A stretch of DNA of 64,000 bases. It comes from an uncultured Desulfosarcina sp. GTDB lineage: Bacteria > Desulfobacterota > Desulfobacteria > Desulfobacterales > Desulfosarcinaceae. A model generated the notes under the pieces. That model was given only the letters and a program-made list of their open reading frames with translations. It was not told the DNA's origin and did not search any database. Both the position numbers and the translations under genes were made by a program. Below are positions 50,105-61,029 of the stretch, piece by piece. Location of the stretch: contig CAXXWQ010000003.1 in assembly GCA_963674945.2 (NCBI GenBank), forward strand, positions 1,376,001-1,440,000. The letters are read 5' to 3'. Each line of letters starts with the position of its first letter. The stretch's first letter is position 1.

Positions 50105-51193
50105 ATGCAAACCGACATGCATTATTATGGAACCTATGCACTGGCGAAAACGGCAGGGCTGAAACCGGCAGTGTGCAAAACCATCGCAATGGCTTCACAG
50201 TTTGTGGATGACAATGCCGCCAGAATTCACATTGAATTCCAGGATGGCGGCAGAATCGATGCCCAGGCTACGGCCCACCATGTATCTAATGTCATCTCGA
50301 ATCGGGATCCGGAAGATCAGCGTCAGGTCTGGGTGCCATTTCACTTTCTTCCTGGAAATGAGGGCGACAGCTTTTCCGAGCGCCTGTTATGCCGCGAAAA
50401 CAGCAGGATTGCCCAAGACATGGTACAGCACCACTTAGGTTATGCGAATCAGGAAGTGGGCATCTATTTGATGGGTATCACAGCACATGTATATGCCGAC
50501 ACGTTTTCCCATTTCGGATTTTCCGGCGTCGGTTCCCGCCGCAACAAGGTCGATAACGACAGTTTCCGATTCGATAAAAATCTGGATCCGGACATTGCCG
50601 ACTACATTGAGGGAAAGGCGAAATCGTTTTTTCAACGTTACGGCAAAGGGGGAGGATTCATTGCCAATGTCAAATCGTGGCTGGCGGAAACCGTATCGGG
50701 TGCCCTGGGACACGGAGCGGTTGCCACCTATCCTGACCGACCCTATTTGAAATGGTGTTTCGAATACGAATATCCAAAAAAAGTGCGCGTCGAACGGGAT
50801 AATCCAAAGAATTTTCTCAATGGATGTCGTGCGCTGCATTCCATGTTTTCCCAGTTTGCAAAAAACAACCAGAAACATTCCGATGGAAGTGGTGTTCCGT
50901 TTGCCAAAATTGAGAAACAGGTCTTTGCCATCCTCAATTACCAGGCAAGAAAGGAAGATCGGAGTAAAAAATGGCAAACGGAAGCCAGACAGGGAAAAAT
51001 CGGTAAAACGGCCTTTTCAATACCGTTGTACAAACCCGATGCATGGCTGAAACAATCCGCAGACATGAACAGTAGTGAAAATTCCAACGCCGCTTTACGA
51101 TCGCATCTTTACCGTTTCTATCAGGCGGCATCCATTCACAGACAATTTGTATTGCGGGAATTATTGCCCGATAGAAAATTGATTGTCGCATAA
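50105..51193 (+). CDS. DUF6765-like protein (His/Asp metal-binding motifs)
   Basis: MQTDMHYYGTY, QFVDD, PFHFLPG, HVYADTFSH and LGHG motifs; family recognised from memory. Confidence 0.75.
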   Translation: MQTDMHYYGTYALAKTAGLKPAVCKTIAMASQFVDDNAARIHIEFQDGGRIDAQATAHHVSNVISNRDPEDQRQVWVPFHFLPGNEGDSFSERLLCRENSRIAQDMVQHHLGYANQEVGIYLMGITAHVYADTFSHFGFSGVGSRRNKVDNDSFRFDKNLDPDIADYIEGKAKSFFQRYGKGGGFIANVKSWLAETVSGALGHGAVATYPDRPYLKWCFEYEYPKKVRVERDNPKNFLNGCRALHSMFSQFAKNNQKHSDGSGVPFAKIEKQVFAILNYQARKEDRSKKWQTEARQGKIGKTAFSIPLYKPDAWLKQSADMNSSENSNAALRSHLYRFYQAASIHRQFVLRELLPDRKLIVA

Positions 51194-51318
51194 ACCTGTG
51201 CATCAACCGGAATATTGAAACAAGTGCACACATGCCATCGGTTTCAATATTCTCTTCTTCACACAACCTGCGATACCGAAAAAGTACTCGGTGCAGCTTT
51301 TGGAAATACGGGGGCGTC

Positions 51319-51732
51319 ATGAAACTACCGCAAATCAATGACATGGTTACGACACAAGAGGCTTTGTCGCTTTGTAAGCATTTCAATCTGGATTATCTGG
51401 TGACACGCATTGAAGCCCATCCCGAAAAGTACAAATCGTGGAAATTTGACGGCTGTTCCGGCATACCGGACGAGATAATGGGTTTATTCACCGGATGCGA
51501 CTGGCAGGACATCACCTATAAGTGCTGTCTGCCCCATGATCTGGCCTATGGTTATGGGGAGCCGGACAATGATATAGAGAGGAAGCGGGTGGACCTGAAA
51601 TTCTATAGCGACCTGGTTACCAAGGCCGGCATGAAAAAATGGCAGGCGTCTGCCTTCCTTGCCGCTGTCCGCATCGGCGGTGCGGAAGAATTCGGTTTGT
51701 CTTTTTCATGGGGATTTGCCCACATCAAATAA
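51319..51732 (+). CDS. Hypothetical protein with phospholipase A2-like motif
   Basis: FDGCS...CCLPHDLAY...RVDLKF. Confidence 0.7.
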   Translation: MKLPQINDMVTTQEALSLCKHFNLDYLVTRIEAHPEKYKSWKFDGCSGIPDEIMGLFTGCDWQDITYKCCLPHDLAYGYGEPDNDIERKRVDLKFYSDLVTKAGMKKWQASAFLAAVRIGGAEEFGLSFSWGFAHIK

Positions 51733-51753
51733 GTTGTTCATTTTACCAAGCCG

Positions 51754-52635
51754 TCACCCGTTGGAACGGAATCGATTCATGGCCACGGCGCTGAAAAAAA
51801 TCAGCAGTCCGCCCGTGAAAAAGCGCCATGATACCGGATCCCCTAAAAAAGTGATTCCCACGATGGCGGTAAATACCACTTCGCAGGACATGAAGATTCC
51901 CCCTTCCCATCCCCGGCAGTAGAAAAATCCCTGGTTCATGGAAAGCTGTGCCGCGACTGAAAACAAGACGATCCCCCCGGCCATGACCCAATCCACAGCG
52001 GTCATGGGAACGTGTGGGGAGACGGCAAACGCGGGAAGCGTTACCAGCATGCCCATGGTGCAAAAGTAAAGATATATCACCACCGGACCGTTCTTTTCCC
52101 GAAGGGTCTTGATCAGGGTGACGGTGAGACCGGCGAAAGCGCTGCCGACGATGGCCATGGTCTGGCCAAGCAGATTTCCTCCCCACGTGAAGTCGAACAA
52201 CACGGCGATGCCGAGGATCACCGTGATGATGCACGAGACTTGACCGAGGGAGATTCGCTCGCCATAGATCAGGTAGGAAAAAACGGCAGAAAAGGCAGGG
52301 AACGCATAAAATATCACGAGCGCCGTGGAAAGCGGTAACAGGCGGATGGCCGTGACAAGGGAGAGAAAGGCGGCCGATCCGGTCATTCCACGAATGATCA
52401 ACAGACGGTAGTCATGCCCTCGAAAGGGATTGCCGTGCCTTCCGAAAACCAGAATCAGCACAATCACACCACCGAAAAACCGGTAGAAGCCGATGTCCCA
52501 GATGGTGTAGGACGATCCCATGGATTTAATCAACAGGTTGAGCATGGTGAAGAGCAAGGCTGCGGTAAGCATGAACAGGGGGCCGGCGAGGGCCGCCTCC
52601 ACTTTAATCGGCCGGGAAGGTGTAAAAGGGGACAT
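51754..52635 (-). CDS. DMT/EamA family transporter
   Basis: Two EamA repeats, 10 TMs. Confidence 0.9.
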   Translation of the reverse strand: MSPFTPSRPIKVEAALAGPLFMLTAALLFTMLNLLIKSMGSSYTIWDIGFYRFFGGVIVLILVFGRHGNPFRGHDYRLLIIRGMTGSAAFLSLVTAIRLLPLSTALVIFYAFPAFSAVFSYLIYGERISLGQVSCIITVILGIAVLFDFTWGGNLLGQTMAIVGSAFAGLTVTLIKTLREKNGPVVIYLYFCTMGMLVTLPAFAVSPHVPMTAVDWVMAGGIVLFSVAAQLSMNQGFFYCRGWEGGIFMSCEVVFTAIVGITFLGDPVSWRFFTGGLLIFFSAVAMNRFRSNG

Positions 52636-52850
52636 GGGGTGACCTATTTCTCCATGGAAGGAGGGTGTGGGGTTTCAGTTGGATCTGTTTTATGATCTCT
52701 TTTATTTTGGTAATGGCGCAACGTGTTCGTTTTTCCTTTTACAATCGCGATGGATCGTTTAAAGAGCAACGGAAGAGTAACATTCTTTTTATCAAAAAGG
52801 CAAAGAACATTGAAAGTTTGCCGGATGAACCTTCGGGAGTTAAAAAGCCT

Positions 52851-54857
52851 ATGAAAAACCCGCTATTCGAACCGATTTCGATAAACCGCATGAAAGTGAA
52901 AAACAGAATCAACATGCCGGCCATGCATCTGAACATGTGCCGGGATTTCGAGGTAACCGACCAGATGGTGGCATTTTACGCCGAACGGGCAAAAGGCGGT
53001 GCAGGAATGATTACCGTCGGGTACGCAACCGTGGATGAATACTCCGGCGCTCCGCTCTGTCTGGGTGCGCACCGCGATGCCTTTATTCCGGGGCTCACCC
53101 GACTGGCCGATGTCATCCAATCCAACGGGGCCCGTGCCATGGTTCAGATCAATCATGCCGGGCGCTATGCCCACTCCTTGATGATCGGGAACCGCCAGCC
53201 GCTGGCGCCCTCGGCGATACCTTCCCGGTTGACCCGTGAAACCCCCAGGGAAATGAAAGCGGAGGATATCGAGGCAGTCATTGAGAGCTTTGCCCAGGCC
53301 GCCCGTCGGGTGAAAACGGCTGGATTCGATGCAGTGGAAGTGTTGAGCGGAACCGGATATCTCATCAGCGAGTTTCTCTCTCCCTTGACCAACCAGCGGC
53401 AGGATGCCTACGGGGGACCACTGGAAAACCGTATGCGGTTCGGACTCGAGATCATCGCAGCCATCCGCAACATGGTGGGAAATGATTTCCCCATTGTCGT
53501 AAGGATGAATGGAAATGATTTCATGCCCGGTGGAAACGGCCGGGAAGAGCTGCAGAAGTGCGCCATCGCTCTTGCCCGGGTGGGCGTGGATGCCCTGAAT
53601 ATCAATGTAGGATGGCACGAGGCGCGCGTTCCCCAGATTACCACAGCGGTTCCCAGGGGCGCCTTCGCCTACCTTTCCCGCGGGATCAAGCAGGAGGTGA
53701 ACATTCCGGTCATGGCCGGCCACCGTGTGCACGATACGAAAACAGCAGGACAACTGATCGCCGATGGCATGTGCGACCTGGTGTCCATGGGTCGCGCTTT
53801 GATCGCCGATCCCCGGATGCCCGAAAAAGCCTTAGCCGGCCGTGAGAAGAAGATTCGGCACTGCATCGCCTGTGGCCAGGGATGTTTCGACCGGATTCAA
53901 CGCGGCAAGCCTATCGAGTGCCTCTGCAACCCTGTAGCCGGACATGAGCTGGCATGCCGGATGGAAACGACGAACGAACCCAAGAAGGTAATGGTTGTGG
54001 GCGGCGGTGCGGCCGGAATGAGTGCGGCGCTGGCCGCTTCGGAATGCGGCCATCGGGTTGTCCTGTATGAGAAGAGAGAATCACTGGGCGGCCAATTGCG
54101 CCTTGCCGCAGCACCGCCGGGACGGGAAGAGTTCCGTGTTCTGTCGGAGGATCTGGCCCGTCAGGTGATGGACAGCGATGTAAAGGTAGTATTTGGCCGA
54201 ACAGTGGATCTTGCGTTGGTGCAGGACGAATCACCCGATGCGGTAATCCTCGCCACCGGCGCCACACCCATCGTTCCCCCCATTGCCGGCGTGAATCTGC
54301 CCCACGTGGTGCAGGCCTGGGATGTTCTAAGCGATAAGGTGATCACCGGCAGCAAAGTGATTGTCGTCGGTGGCGGCGCAGTGGGTGTCGAAACGGCCCT
54401 CTTTCTGGCAGAAAAGGGAACCCTTCCTGCAGATGCCTTACAGTTCCTGTTTGTCCACCAGGCGGAAGATCCCGATTTTCTCTATGAACTGGCGACAAGG
54501 GGAACCAAATCCGTCGTGCTCGTCGAAATGATTTCCAAGGTCGGAATGGATATTGGCAAAACAACCCGGTGGACCATGATCCAGGAACTGGACCGCAGGG
54601 GGGTGTTGACCCATGTGAAGACAAAAGTCCTCGAAATCACGGAAGATGGGGTCAAAGTCGAACAAGATGGAAAGGAGATCGAAATTTCCGGAGACACGGT
54701 GGTGTTGGCCGCGGGTGCAACCCCCCACAACCCGCTTCAGAAAGAACTCGAAGCGAAAGGGATTGCCTGCAGGGTCGCAGGGGATGCCGAAAAGATCGGT
54801 CTGGCCTTCGATGCCGTTCACACCGGTTTTGCCACTGGTCGTTCGTTGCATCAATAG
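52851..54857 (+). CDS. NADH:flavin oxidoreductase, 2,4-dienoyl-CoA reductase (FadH)-like
   Basis: OYE TIM barrel (RAKGGAG, QINHAGR, GYLISEF), CIACGQGC...C Fe-S motif, GGGAAG and GGGAVG Rossmann motifs. Confidence 0.9.
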   Translation: MKNPLFEPISINRMKVKNRINMPAMHLNMCRDFEVTDQMVAFYAERAKGGAGMITVGYATVDEYSGAPLCLGAHRDAFIPGLTRLADVIQSNGARAMVQINHAGRYAHSLMIGNRQPLAPSAIPSRLTRETPREMKAEDIEAVIESFAQAARRVKTAGFDAVEVLSGTGYLISEFLSPLTNQRQDAYGGPLENRMRFGLEIIAAIRNMVGNDFPIVVRMNGNDFMPGGNGREELQKCAIALARVGVDALNINVGWHEARVPQITTAVPRGAFAYLSRGIKQEVNIPVMAGHRVHDTKTAGQLIADGMCDLVSMGRALIADPRMPEKALAGREKKIRHCIACGQGCFDRIQRGKPIECLCNPVAGHELACRMETTNEPKKVMVVGGGAAGMSAALAASECGHRVVLYEKRESLGGQLRLAAAPPGREEFRVLSEDLARQVMDSDVKVVFGRTVDLALVQDESPDAVILATGATPIVPPIAGVNLPHVVQAWDVLSDKVITGSKVIVVGGGAVGVETALFLAEKGTLPADALQFLFVHQAEDPDFLYELATRGTKSVVLVEMISKVGMDIGKTTRWTMIQELDRRGVLTHVKTKVLEITEDGVKVEQDGKEIEISGDTVVLAAGATPHNPLQKELEAKGIACRVAGDAEKIGLAFDAVHTGFATGRSLHQ

Positions 54858-55227
54858 ATGGTGGTGGACAAATGCTTTCATCCGACAGAAACGGCGCGGT
54901 GCCGTTCCGTTATTTGGAGAGGGCGTTTTAAAGGCAAGATCGTCATATTGTCGGAACCTGGTTGTCGGGCCGCCCGGGATTGACATTCAATCGATTATAT
55001 CGGATCATATTTGTTGTTCATCTACAGAAAATAAACGCGTTTGCCGATGCAATGTTCTTCTCATTTCCCGATATGTGACACGATCTTGCATACACCTTTG
55101 AAAGGCCCCTTCTCCGAAAGAATACAGCCGCGGGCCCCGGTCAGCGTGGTTTCTGTGAATTCCCGATCACAGCAAAAGACCTGCATAAACGCCGCAATCG
55201 GCGAAACCCAATAAAGAAACGGATTTT

Positions 55228-57324
55228 ATGGGAACTCTTTCAACATCGGATGACACAACCCCGGAGCGGGATATCAATATCCTGATCGTTGATGATCTTC
55301 CTGAAAATCTGCGTCTGCTTTCCAATATCCTGAAAAAAAACGGCTATCTCGTGCGACCGGCGCTGAATGGGAACGCAGCCTTAAATGCCGTCCTGCACAC
55401 ACCCGCCGACCTCGTTCTTCTGGACATGCGTATGCCGGAAATGGACGGAATCGAGGTCTGTCGACAGTTGAAACAGAACGAATCGACCCGGAACATTCCG
55501 GTAATCTTCATCAGCGCCGCCGATGACGCCAATAAAAAGGTGGCGGGGTTTCAAGCCGGCGGTGTGGATTACATCACCAAACCGTTTCAACCGGATGAAG
55601 TCCTTGCCAGGATCGGCGTTCAGCTTGAATTGCGTCGCGCCCAAAAAGAGCTGGAACAGGCCTACCAGAATATGGAACAGAAGGTACAAGAGCGCACCGC
55701 CGAATTGACGGCCGCCTACGAAGCCTTGCGTGAAAGTGAAGAAAAATTCCGGACCTTGAACGAAAATCTTCCCCTGGGGGTTTTCCGTACAACCGTATCG
55801 GGCCGGTTGCTTTCGGCAAATCAGGCCATGCTGAATATTTTTGGATACGACACTTTTTTTGAACAATGGGATGAGCGTGTCGCCCATCAAATCTATAGAA
55901 ACATTAATGATCGTGAGCATCTGTATCGCCTTCTGAAAAAGAATGGAAAGCTGAACGGATACGAAGTGAGCATGAAGCGCCGGGATGGAACCGAATTTCC
56001 TGCGGCATTTAGCGCCCGGATTGTTATCGATCCCAAAACAGGCGAAGAGTATATCGACGGCGTCCTGGAGGACATCTCGGAGAGAAAAAAAATCGAAGAA
56101 CGCAACAAATCGCTCGAGAAGCAGATTCGCCAGGCCCAGAAGATGGAAGCCGTCGGTACCCTGGCGGGGGGTATCGCCCATGATTTCAACAATATTTTAT
56201 CTGCCGTATTGGGATTCACCGAACTTGCCAAGCTGGACCACGCCCAGGGTATCGATATCGGCAATGCCCTCGACGAGATCCATGCGGCCGGGATACGTGC
56301 CCGGGAGCTGGTCAAGCAGATTCTGACCTTCAGCCGTCATGATGATATTCAGAGAGCCCCCGTTATCATCACGCCTTTGGTGAAGGAGGCCCTGCGGTTT
56401 TTGAAATCCTCTCTTCCAACGACCATTGAGATCCGCCAACACATTGATGACATCGACGAGACCATCCTTGCCGATCCAACGCAGATTCAACAGATCGTAA
56501 TGAATCTCTGCACCAATGCGGCCCATGCAATGAACGGGAAAGGCACCCTGGATGTTCGGTTGACCAAAGTTGTGCTCGATGATCAGAGCATGCCCGATTA
56601 CAAAGCCCTCTCCCCGGGCAATTATTTGCGCCTCGCCGTTTCCGACACCGGCCAGGGAATCAATCCGGGCATTATCCACCGCATCTTCGAACCTTTCTTC
56701 ACGACAAAAAAGATCGGAGAAGGAACCGGCATGGGTTTGTCCGTGGTTCACGGAATTGTCAAAAACATGGAAGGAGAGATCACCGTATACAGCGAGGTCG
56801 GAAAAGGAACCGCCTTCAATGTGCTGCTGCCGGTCCATGAAGAGACGCAAAAACAGGCGGTTGAAAAAGAGACGGAAGCCGTGCCGCACGGAAGTGGAAA
56901 CATCCTGATGGTCGATGATGAAGACATGATCATTCAAGCAGCCAGTGCGATTCTCCTTTCTCTCGGATATGAGGTCGAGGCCAGAACCAGCAGCAAAGAT
57001 GCCCTTGTCCGTTTCAAAGCCGCACCGGACCGGTTTGACCTGGTTCTCACCGATCTCACCATGCCCGAAATGACCGGCGTGGCGTTGGCCATGGAAATTC
57101 GCAAGATTTCCCCGGATATTCCCATCGTGCTGTGCACCGGTTTCACCGCAGGGATCACCGAGCAGACCCGGGTGATGAGCGGAATCGATAAGATTCTGAT
57201 GAAACCCATCCTCAGGAGTGAACTGGCAAGGACTTTGAACGATTTGCTCGGCGACAGCCGCGGAAAAACATCACGCGCCCCGTTCGACTCGGCTTCAGCG
57301 GGCTCTTCTCTGAAAGCGCCTTGA
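55228..57324 (+). CDS. Cytoplasmic hybrid histidine kinase (REC-PAS-HisKA-HATPase-REC)
   Basis: IVDD/LLDMRMP receiver, AHDFNN H-box, C-terminal receiver. Confidence 0.93.
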   Translation: MGTLSTSDDTTPERDINILIVDDLPENLRLLSNILKKNGYLVRPALNGNAALNAVLHTPADLVLLDMRMPEMDGIEVCRQLKQNESTRNIPVIFISAADDANKKVAGFQAGGVDYITKPFQPDEVLARIGVQLELRRAQKELEQAYQNMEQKVQERTAELTAAYEALRESEEKFRTLNENLPLGVFRTTVSGRLLSANQAMLNIFGYDTFFEQWDERVAHQIYRNINDREHLYRLLKKNGKLNGYEVSMKRRDGTEFPAAFSARIVIDPKTGEEYIDGVLEDISERKKIEERNKSLEKQIRQAQKMEAVGTLAGGIAHDFNNILSAVLGFTELAKLDHAQGIDIGNALDEIHAAGIRARELVKQILTFSRHDDIQRAPVIITPLVKEALRFLKSSLPTTIEIRQHIDDIDETILADPTQIQQIVMNLCTNAAHAMNGKGTLDVRLTKVVLDDQSMPDYKALSPGNYLRLAVSDTGQGINPGIIHRIFEPFFTTKKIGEGTGMGLSVVHGIVKNMEGEITVYSEVGKGTAFNVLLPVHEETQKQAVEKETEAVPHGSGNILMVDDEDMIIQAASAILLSLGYEVEARTSSKDALVRFKAAPDRFDLVLTDLTMPEMTGVALAMEIRKISPDIPIVLCTGFTAGITEQTRVMSGIDKILMKPILRSELARTLNDLLGDSRGKTSRAPFDSASAGSSLKAP

Positions 57325-57335
57325 TGCAATGGAAT

Positions 57336-59900
57336 TTACTTCCCTTCCGGAGCAATCAGTGACAAAATCCGGTCGTATTGGAAATCGTCTGCCAGCCGGG
57401 TTAGCGTCTTGCCAAAGGAAGGGGCAATGGTTGTTATCCGATCAATGTGTTTTTGGATCAGGTCCGTATCGATGGCGACGATCGCCTCCTTTACACCCAA
57501 AACCCAATCATCCGAAAGCTGCGGCAGCATGTCCGGTTCCCGGGCGTCTTCCATGGAGACATGCGTTTGTGGATTCACCGGCGCTTCTTGTTCTTCGTAT
57601 CGATATCGGACCCCCAGATGCTTGGCCATGATATCGAAAATCTCCGCCGGCCGGAACGGTTTTCGAACGAAATCATCGCATCCGGCAGATAGAATCCGAT
57701 CACGCTCTTCTTCGAAGGCGTGGGCCGTGAGTGCGATAACTGGTGTTTTTGCACCTTTTTTCGTCGCCTTCATCCGCCGGGTGGCCTCGTAGCCATCCAT
57801 TACCGGCATACGGATGTCCATCCACACCAGATCCGGCTGCCATCTTTCAAACATCTCGACGCCTTCCTCTCCGTTTACCGCCTCCGCTGTTATAAACCCC
57901 ACTTTGCCCAACAATTTCCGTAAAAGGGCGCGATTCTCCTCCCGATCCTCGACGACTAGAATACGATAATCCGGCTGATCCGGCGCAAGGGCGATCACCC
58001 GGCCCCGGGGTTGCCTTCTCACGACATCCTCACCGGCCACAACCGTCACCGGAATTTCGAAACGAAAAACGGTACCCTTGCCGGGAGTGCTTTGCACTTC
58101 AATCTCGCCCCCCATCAAGGCGATGTACTGTCGACTGATGGCGAGGCCCAACCCCGTACCATTGGAGATGTTTCCTCTGGAATTTTGCGCAGACGACTGG
58201 AAAAAAGGATCGAAGATCCGCTCCAAATCTTCGGAGGCGATGCCGATACCCGTATCCTCTATTTCAAACCGGATACTTGTTGTATCGCTTATATTTTGGC
58301 TGGCTACCCGAAGGTCGATCCGGCCGGCCTCTGTAAATTTGATGGCGTTGCCCAAAAGGTTGATCAAAATCTGGCGAAGTTTCCCCTCATCCGCCCGAAC
58401 ATGGCGAACCAGATCCGGGGCGAGGGCCATGAAAAAGGATCGGTCCCGGGAGGTGGTTGCACTGGCGAATATTTCCGCGATGCCTTTCATAAACCAGTGC
58501 AGATCAAACTTGTTTGGGTTCAGTGATATGCGACCGGTCTCGATCTTTGCGATTTCCAGCACATCATTGATCAGGGCCAGAAGATGTTGCCCGGATCGAT
58601 TGATAATCCCCACCTCCTCCTGAACATTCGCCGGCAATGAGGTGTCACGGCGCATCAAATGGGTAAAACCGAGAATGGAATTCAGCGGGGTGCGAAGTTC
58701 ATGGCTCATGTTGGCCAGAAAGGTCGTCTTGGCGTGATTGGCGGATTCGGCGGCATCCTTGGCGGCCTGCAACTCCCGGTTGGTCTCTTCCAGCATGGCG
58801 CTGTGCTCCAAAATCTCCGCTTCACTTTGCCGCAGTCGCTCTTCCCGTTCCCGGACCGCCGCCACCATCGCGTTGAAGCTTCGGGTAAGCGCATCTATTT
58901 CAAGAAATGCGCCCGTGGAATTGACGGTTCGGTATTCTCCCTGGGCAATGTAAACGGACTGTGCGGTGAGCCGGATCAGGGGATTTAGAATTTTTCTCAT
59001 GATGGGAAAGGAAACAACCACCGCCAGGATCATGGCAATCCCCATCCCCACGGCAGTGATGAACCCGACACGACGGACCGGGGCATAGGCAATGTCCAGG
59101 GGCTGTGAAATATGAACCACCCAGTTGACACCCGGCACCACGGTCACGCCGCCCAGGTAGGTTTTTCTCTCAAACTCGTAAGAAAACACGCCTTCCTCGC
59201 CGGCAAGCCCCCTTTCAATATTTCCATATTGGCTCAGGTTCCAGCGTGTGGTGACCAGGCGTCGGTCCGGATGGTAGATTACCGTCCCCTCATTATCGAC
59301 AATGATGGCGGAACGCGCCGTACCGGTGTTGAACTTGTCGACGATGTCGCCAATCGCGGCGAGTTTAAGGTATCCGGTAATGATTCCATCTTCCTTGGGA
59401 ATGCTGATACTGATGGTTGGCTCGTCGACATAGGGGGGAATAAAGGTCGGCGACCAGTAAGATTGATTCCGGGACCGGATCATATGAAAGAAATCCTTGC
59501 CGGACATATCGATGCCTTCGATATTGGCATTGAAAGGAGCCACGGCGGTTACCCGTCCTTTACCGTTGATCAGCATGATCAGTTCCATGAAAGGATAGTT
59601 ACTGACAATCTCTTCCAGATAGGCAGTTCGCTCATTCGGGGAGATAAGATTCGGCCGGGCAATTATTTTCTTTACCTGTTCCAGCAGGTTCAGGGGTGGA
59701 ACCAGAAATGCTTCCACCTCATTGGCCAAAGAGCGCGTCAGAAGAAGATTATTATTGGAAATATCCTGTTTCATATTGGCCGTTAGAATTAACAGAGAAA
59801 TCAGCCCCACCAACAAAATGGGAAGAACTGCCAATAAGAGAGAATAGATCCGCAGTGCATTTTTAATGCTGATCGGCTTGCGGTTACTCAATTTCAACAA
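57336..59900 (-). CDS. Membrane hybrid histidine kinase (Cache-HAMP-HisKA-HATPase-REC)
   Basis: SHELRTPLN, NAIKFT, GTGLGL and WMDIRMP motifs. Confidence 0.93.
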   Translation of the reverse strand: MLKLSNRKPISIKNALRIYSLLLAVLPILLVGLISLLILTANMKQDISNNNLLLTRSLANEVEAFLVPPLNLLEQVKKIIARPNLISPNERTAYLEEIVSNYPFMELIMLINGKGRVTAVAPFNANIEGIDMSGKDFFHMIRSRNQSYWSPTFIPPYVDEPTISISIPKEDGIITGYLKLAAIGDIVDKFNTGTARSAIIVDNEGTVIYHPDRRLVTTRWNLSQYGNIERGLAGEEGVFSYEFERKTYLGGVTVVPGVNWVVHISQPLDIAYAPVRRVGFITAVGMGIAMILAVVVSFPIMRKILNPLIRLTAQSVYIAQGEYRTVNSTGAFLEIDALTRSFNAMVAAVREREERLRQSEAEILEHSAMLEETNRELQAAKDAAESANHAKTTFLANMSHELRTPLNSILGFTHLMRRDTSLPANVQEEVGIINRSGQHLLALINDVLEIAKIETGRISLNPNKFDLHWFMKGIAEIFASATTSRDRSFFMALAPDLVRHVRADEGKLRQILINLLGNAIKFTEAGRIDLRVASQNISDTTSIRFEIEDTGIGIASEDLERIFDPFFQSSAQNSRGNISNGTGLGLAISRQYIALMGGEIEVQSTPGKGTVFRFEIPVTVVAGEDVVRRQPRGRVIALAPDQPDYRILVVEDREENRALLRKLLGKVGFITAEAVNGEEGVEMFERWQPDLVWMDIRMPVMDGYEATRRMKATKKGAKTPVIALTAHAFEEERDRILSAGCDDFVRKPFRPAEIFDIMAKHLGVRYRYEEQEAPVNPQTHVSMEDAREPDMLPQLSDDWVLGVKEAIVAIDTDLIQKHIDRITTIAPSFGKTLTRLADDFQYDRILSLIAPEGK

Positions 59901-61029
59901 AAGCTCCGTTTTTTACGATGAACAGCAAAGGCTTTCTTTGATTATCACCATATCGGTCGAAGATGATGTCGCCTTGAAGGCCGTTGAAGTGTCCGGTTTG
60001 TATGAGCGTCTCTTTGAGCCGTTTCGGGTCCCCATTTATGGAAAGCGCCTGAGAGAGGATATAAACAGCCTCGTAACCAGAAGTTTCCCACATCCCGGGT
60101 GTGGAGTTATATTTTTCGAAGTACTTGTCTCGAAACGCCAAGAACGCCGGTTCCCGACTCTCTTTTTTGAAAGAATGTACCATGATCACACCGTCCACGG
60201 CGGTGCCACCGTTTTGGATCAACTCCTGATGATAGGCCCACGGACTGATGAATATGGGGCTGGTGGCATCGTGTTTCCGCAGGTGCTGACAAACCATGGC
60301 GGTATCGTAGTGATTGGCAATAATGAAATAGGCGTCCGGGCCTGATTCCACCAGTTTCGCGACCAAATTCGGAAACAAGAGGTTTGTTTCGGATCTGTAC
60401 GTTATTCCCGTGACATGGCCCCCCATCGTTTCAAATGCCTCTTTAAAACCCTGAAATTTCGATTCGGAATAGGAGTCGGCCGTAAGGTCATAGAGCACCA
60501 ACATTTCTTTGATACCGATGTCATATGCATACGCTGCGGTCATGATACTGGTTTTCTTTGTGGAAGGATTGATCTTGAAAAAATAGTCATCTATCCCCGA
60601 CAGTTTGTCAGAAGCAGAAATGGGGCTTACCATGACCTTTTTTTCTCGGTTTATTGTAGAAAGCACTGCAAGACTCATGTTGCTTCGAACATGGCCGACG
60701 ATCGCCGCAACATCTTCCCGGATCAATTCCCGGTCCACGGCAACCGCGGTCTCCGGGTCCAGCCGGTCATCTTTTTCGATCAGTTCTATTTTCCGTCCAT
60801 GAATACCCCCCTCGGCATTGATATCATCTACCGCCAAAAGGGCGCCGTTTCTGATAATAACTGCCACTGCCGCCGATTTGTCTTCTGTCAGATTGCCGAC
60901 GAATCCGATCTTGATCGGCGGCGGCTCTTTCCGGCAGCCGGCCGAAATTGCCAATAAGATCAAAAGGATAATCCGTACGATCCTGTCAGGAATCGCTTTT
61001 CTGTTGCTGGATTTCAACAAAGGCTCCAT
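59884..61029 (-). CDS. LIV-type periplasmic binding lipoprotein
   Basis: Lipobox SAGC; IKIGFVG, GGIHGRKIEL and FDRYGD motifs. Confidence 0.9.
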   Translation of the reverse strand: MEPLLKSSNRKAIPDRIVRIILLILLAISAGCRKEPPPIKIGFVGNLTEDKSAAVAVIIRNGALLAVDDINAEGGIHGRKIELIEKDDRLDPETAVAVDRELIREDVAAIVGHVRSNMSLAVLSTINREKKVMVSPISASDKLSGIDDYFFKINPSTKKTSIMTAAYAYDIGIKEMLVLYDLTADSYSESKFQGFKEAFETMGGHVTGITYRSETNLLFPNLVAKLVESGPDAYFIIANHYDTAMVCQHLRKHDATSPIFISPWAYHQELIQNGGTAVDGVIMVHSFKKESREPAFLAFRDKYFEKYNSTPGMWETSGYEAVYILSQALSINGDPKRLKETLIQTGHFNGLQGDIIFDRYGDNQRKPLLFIVKNGAFVEIE

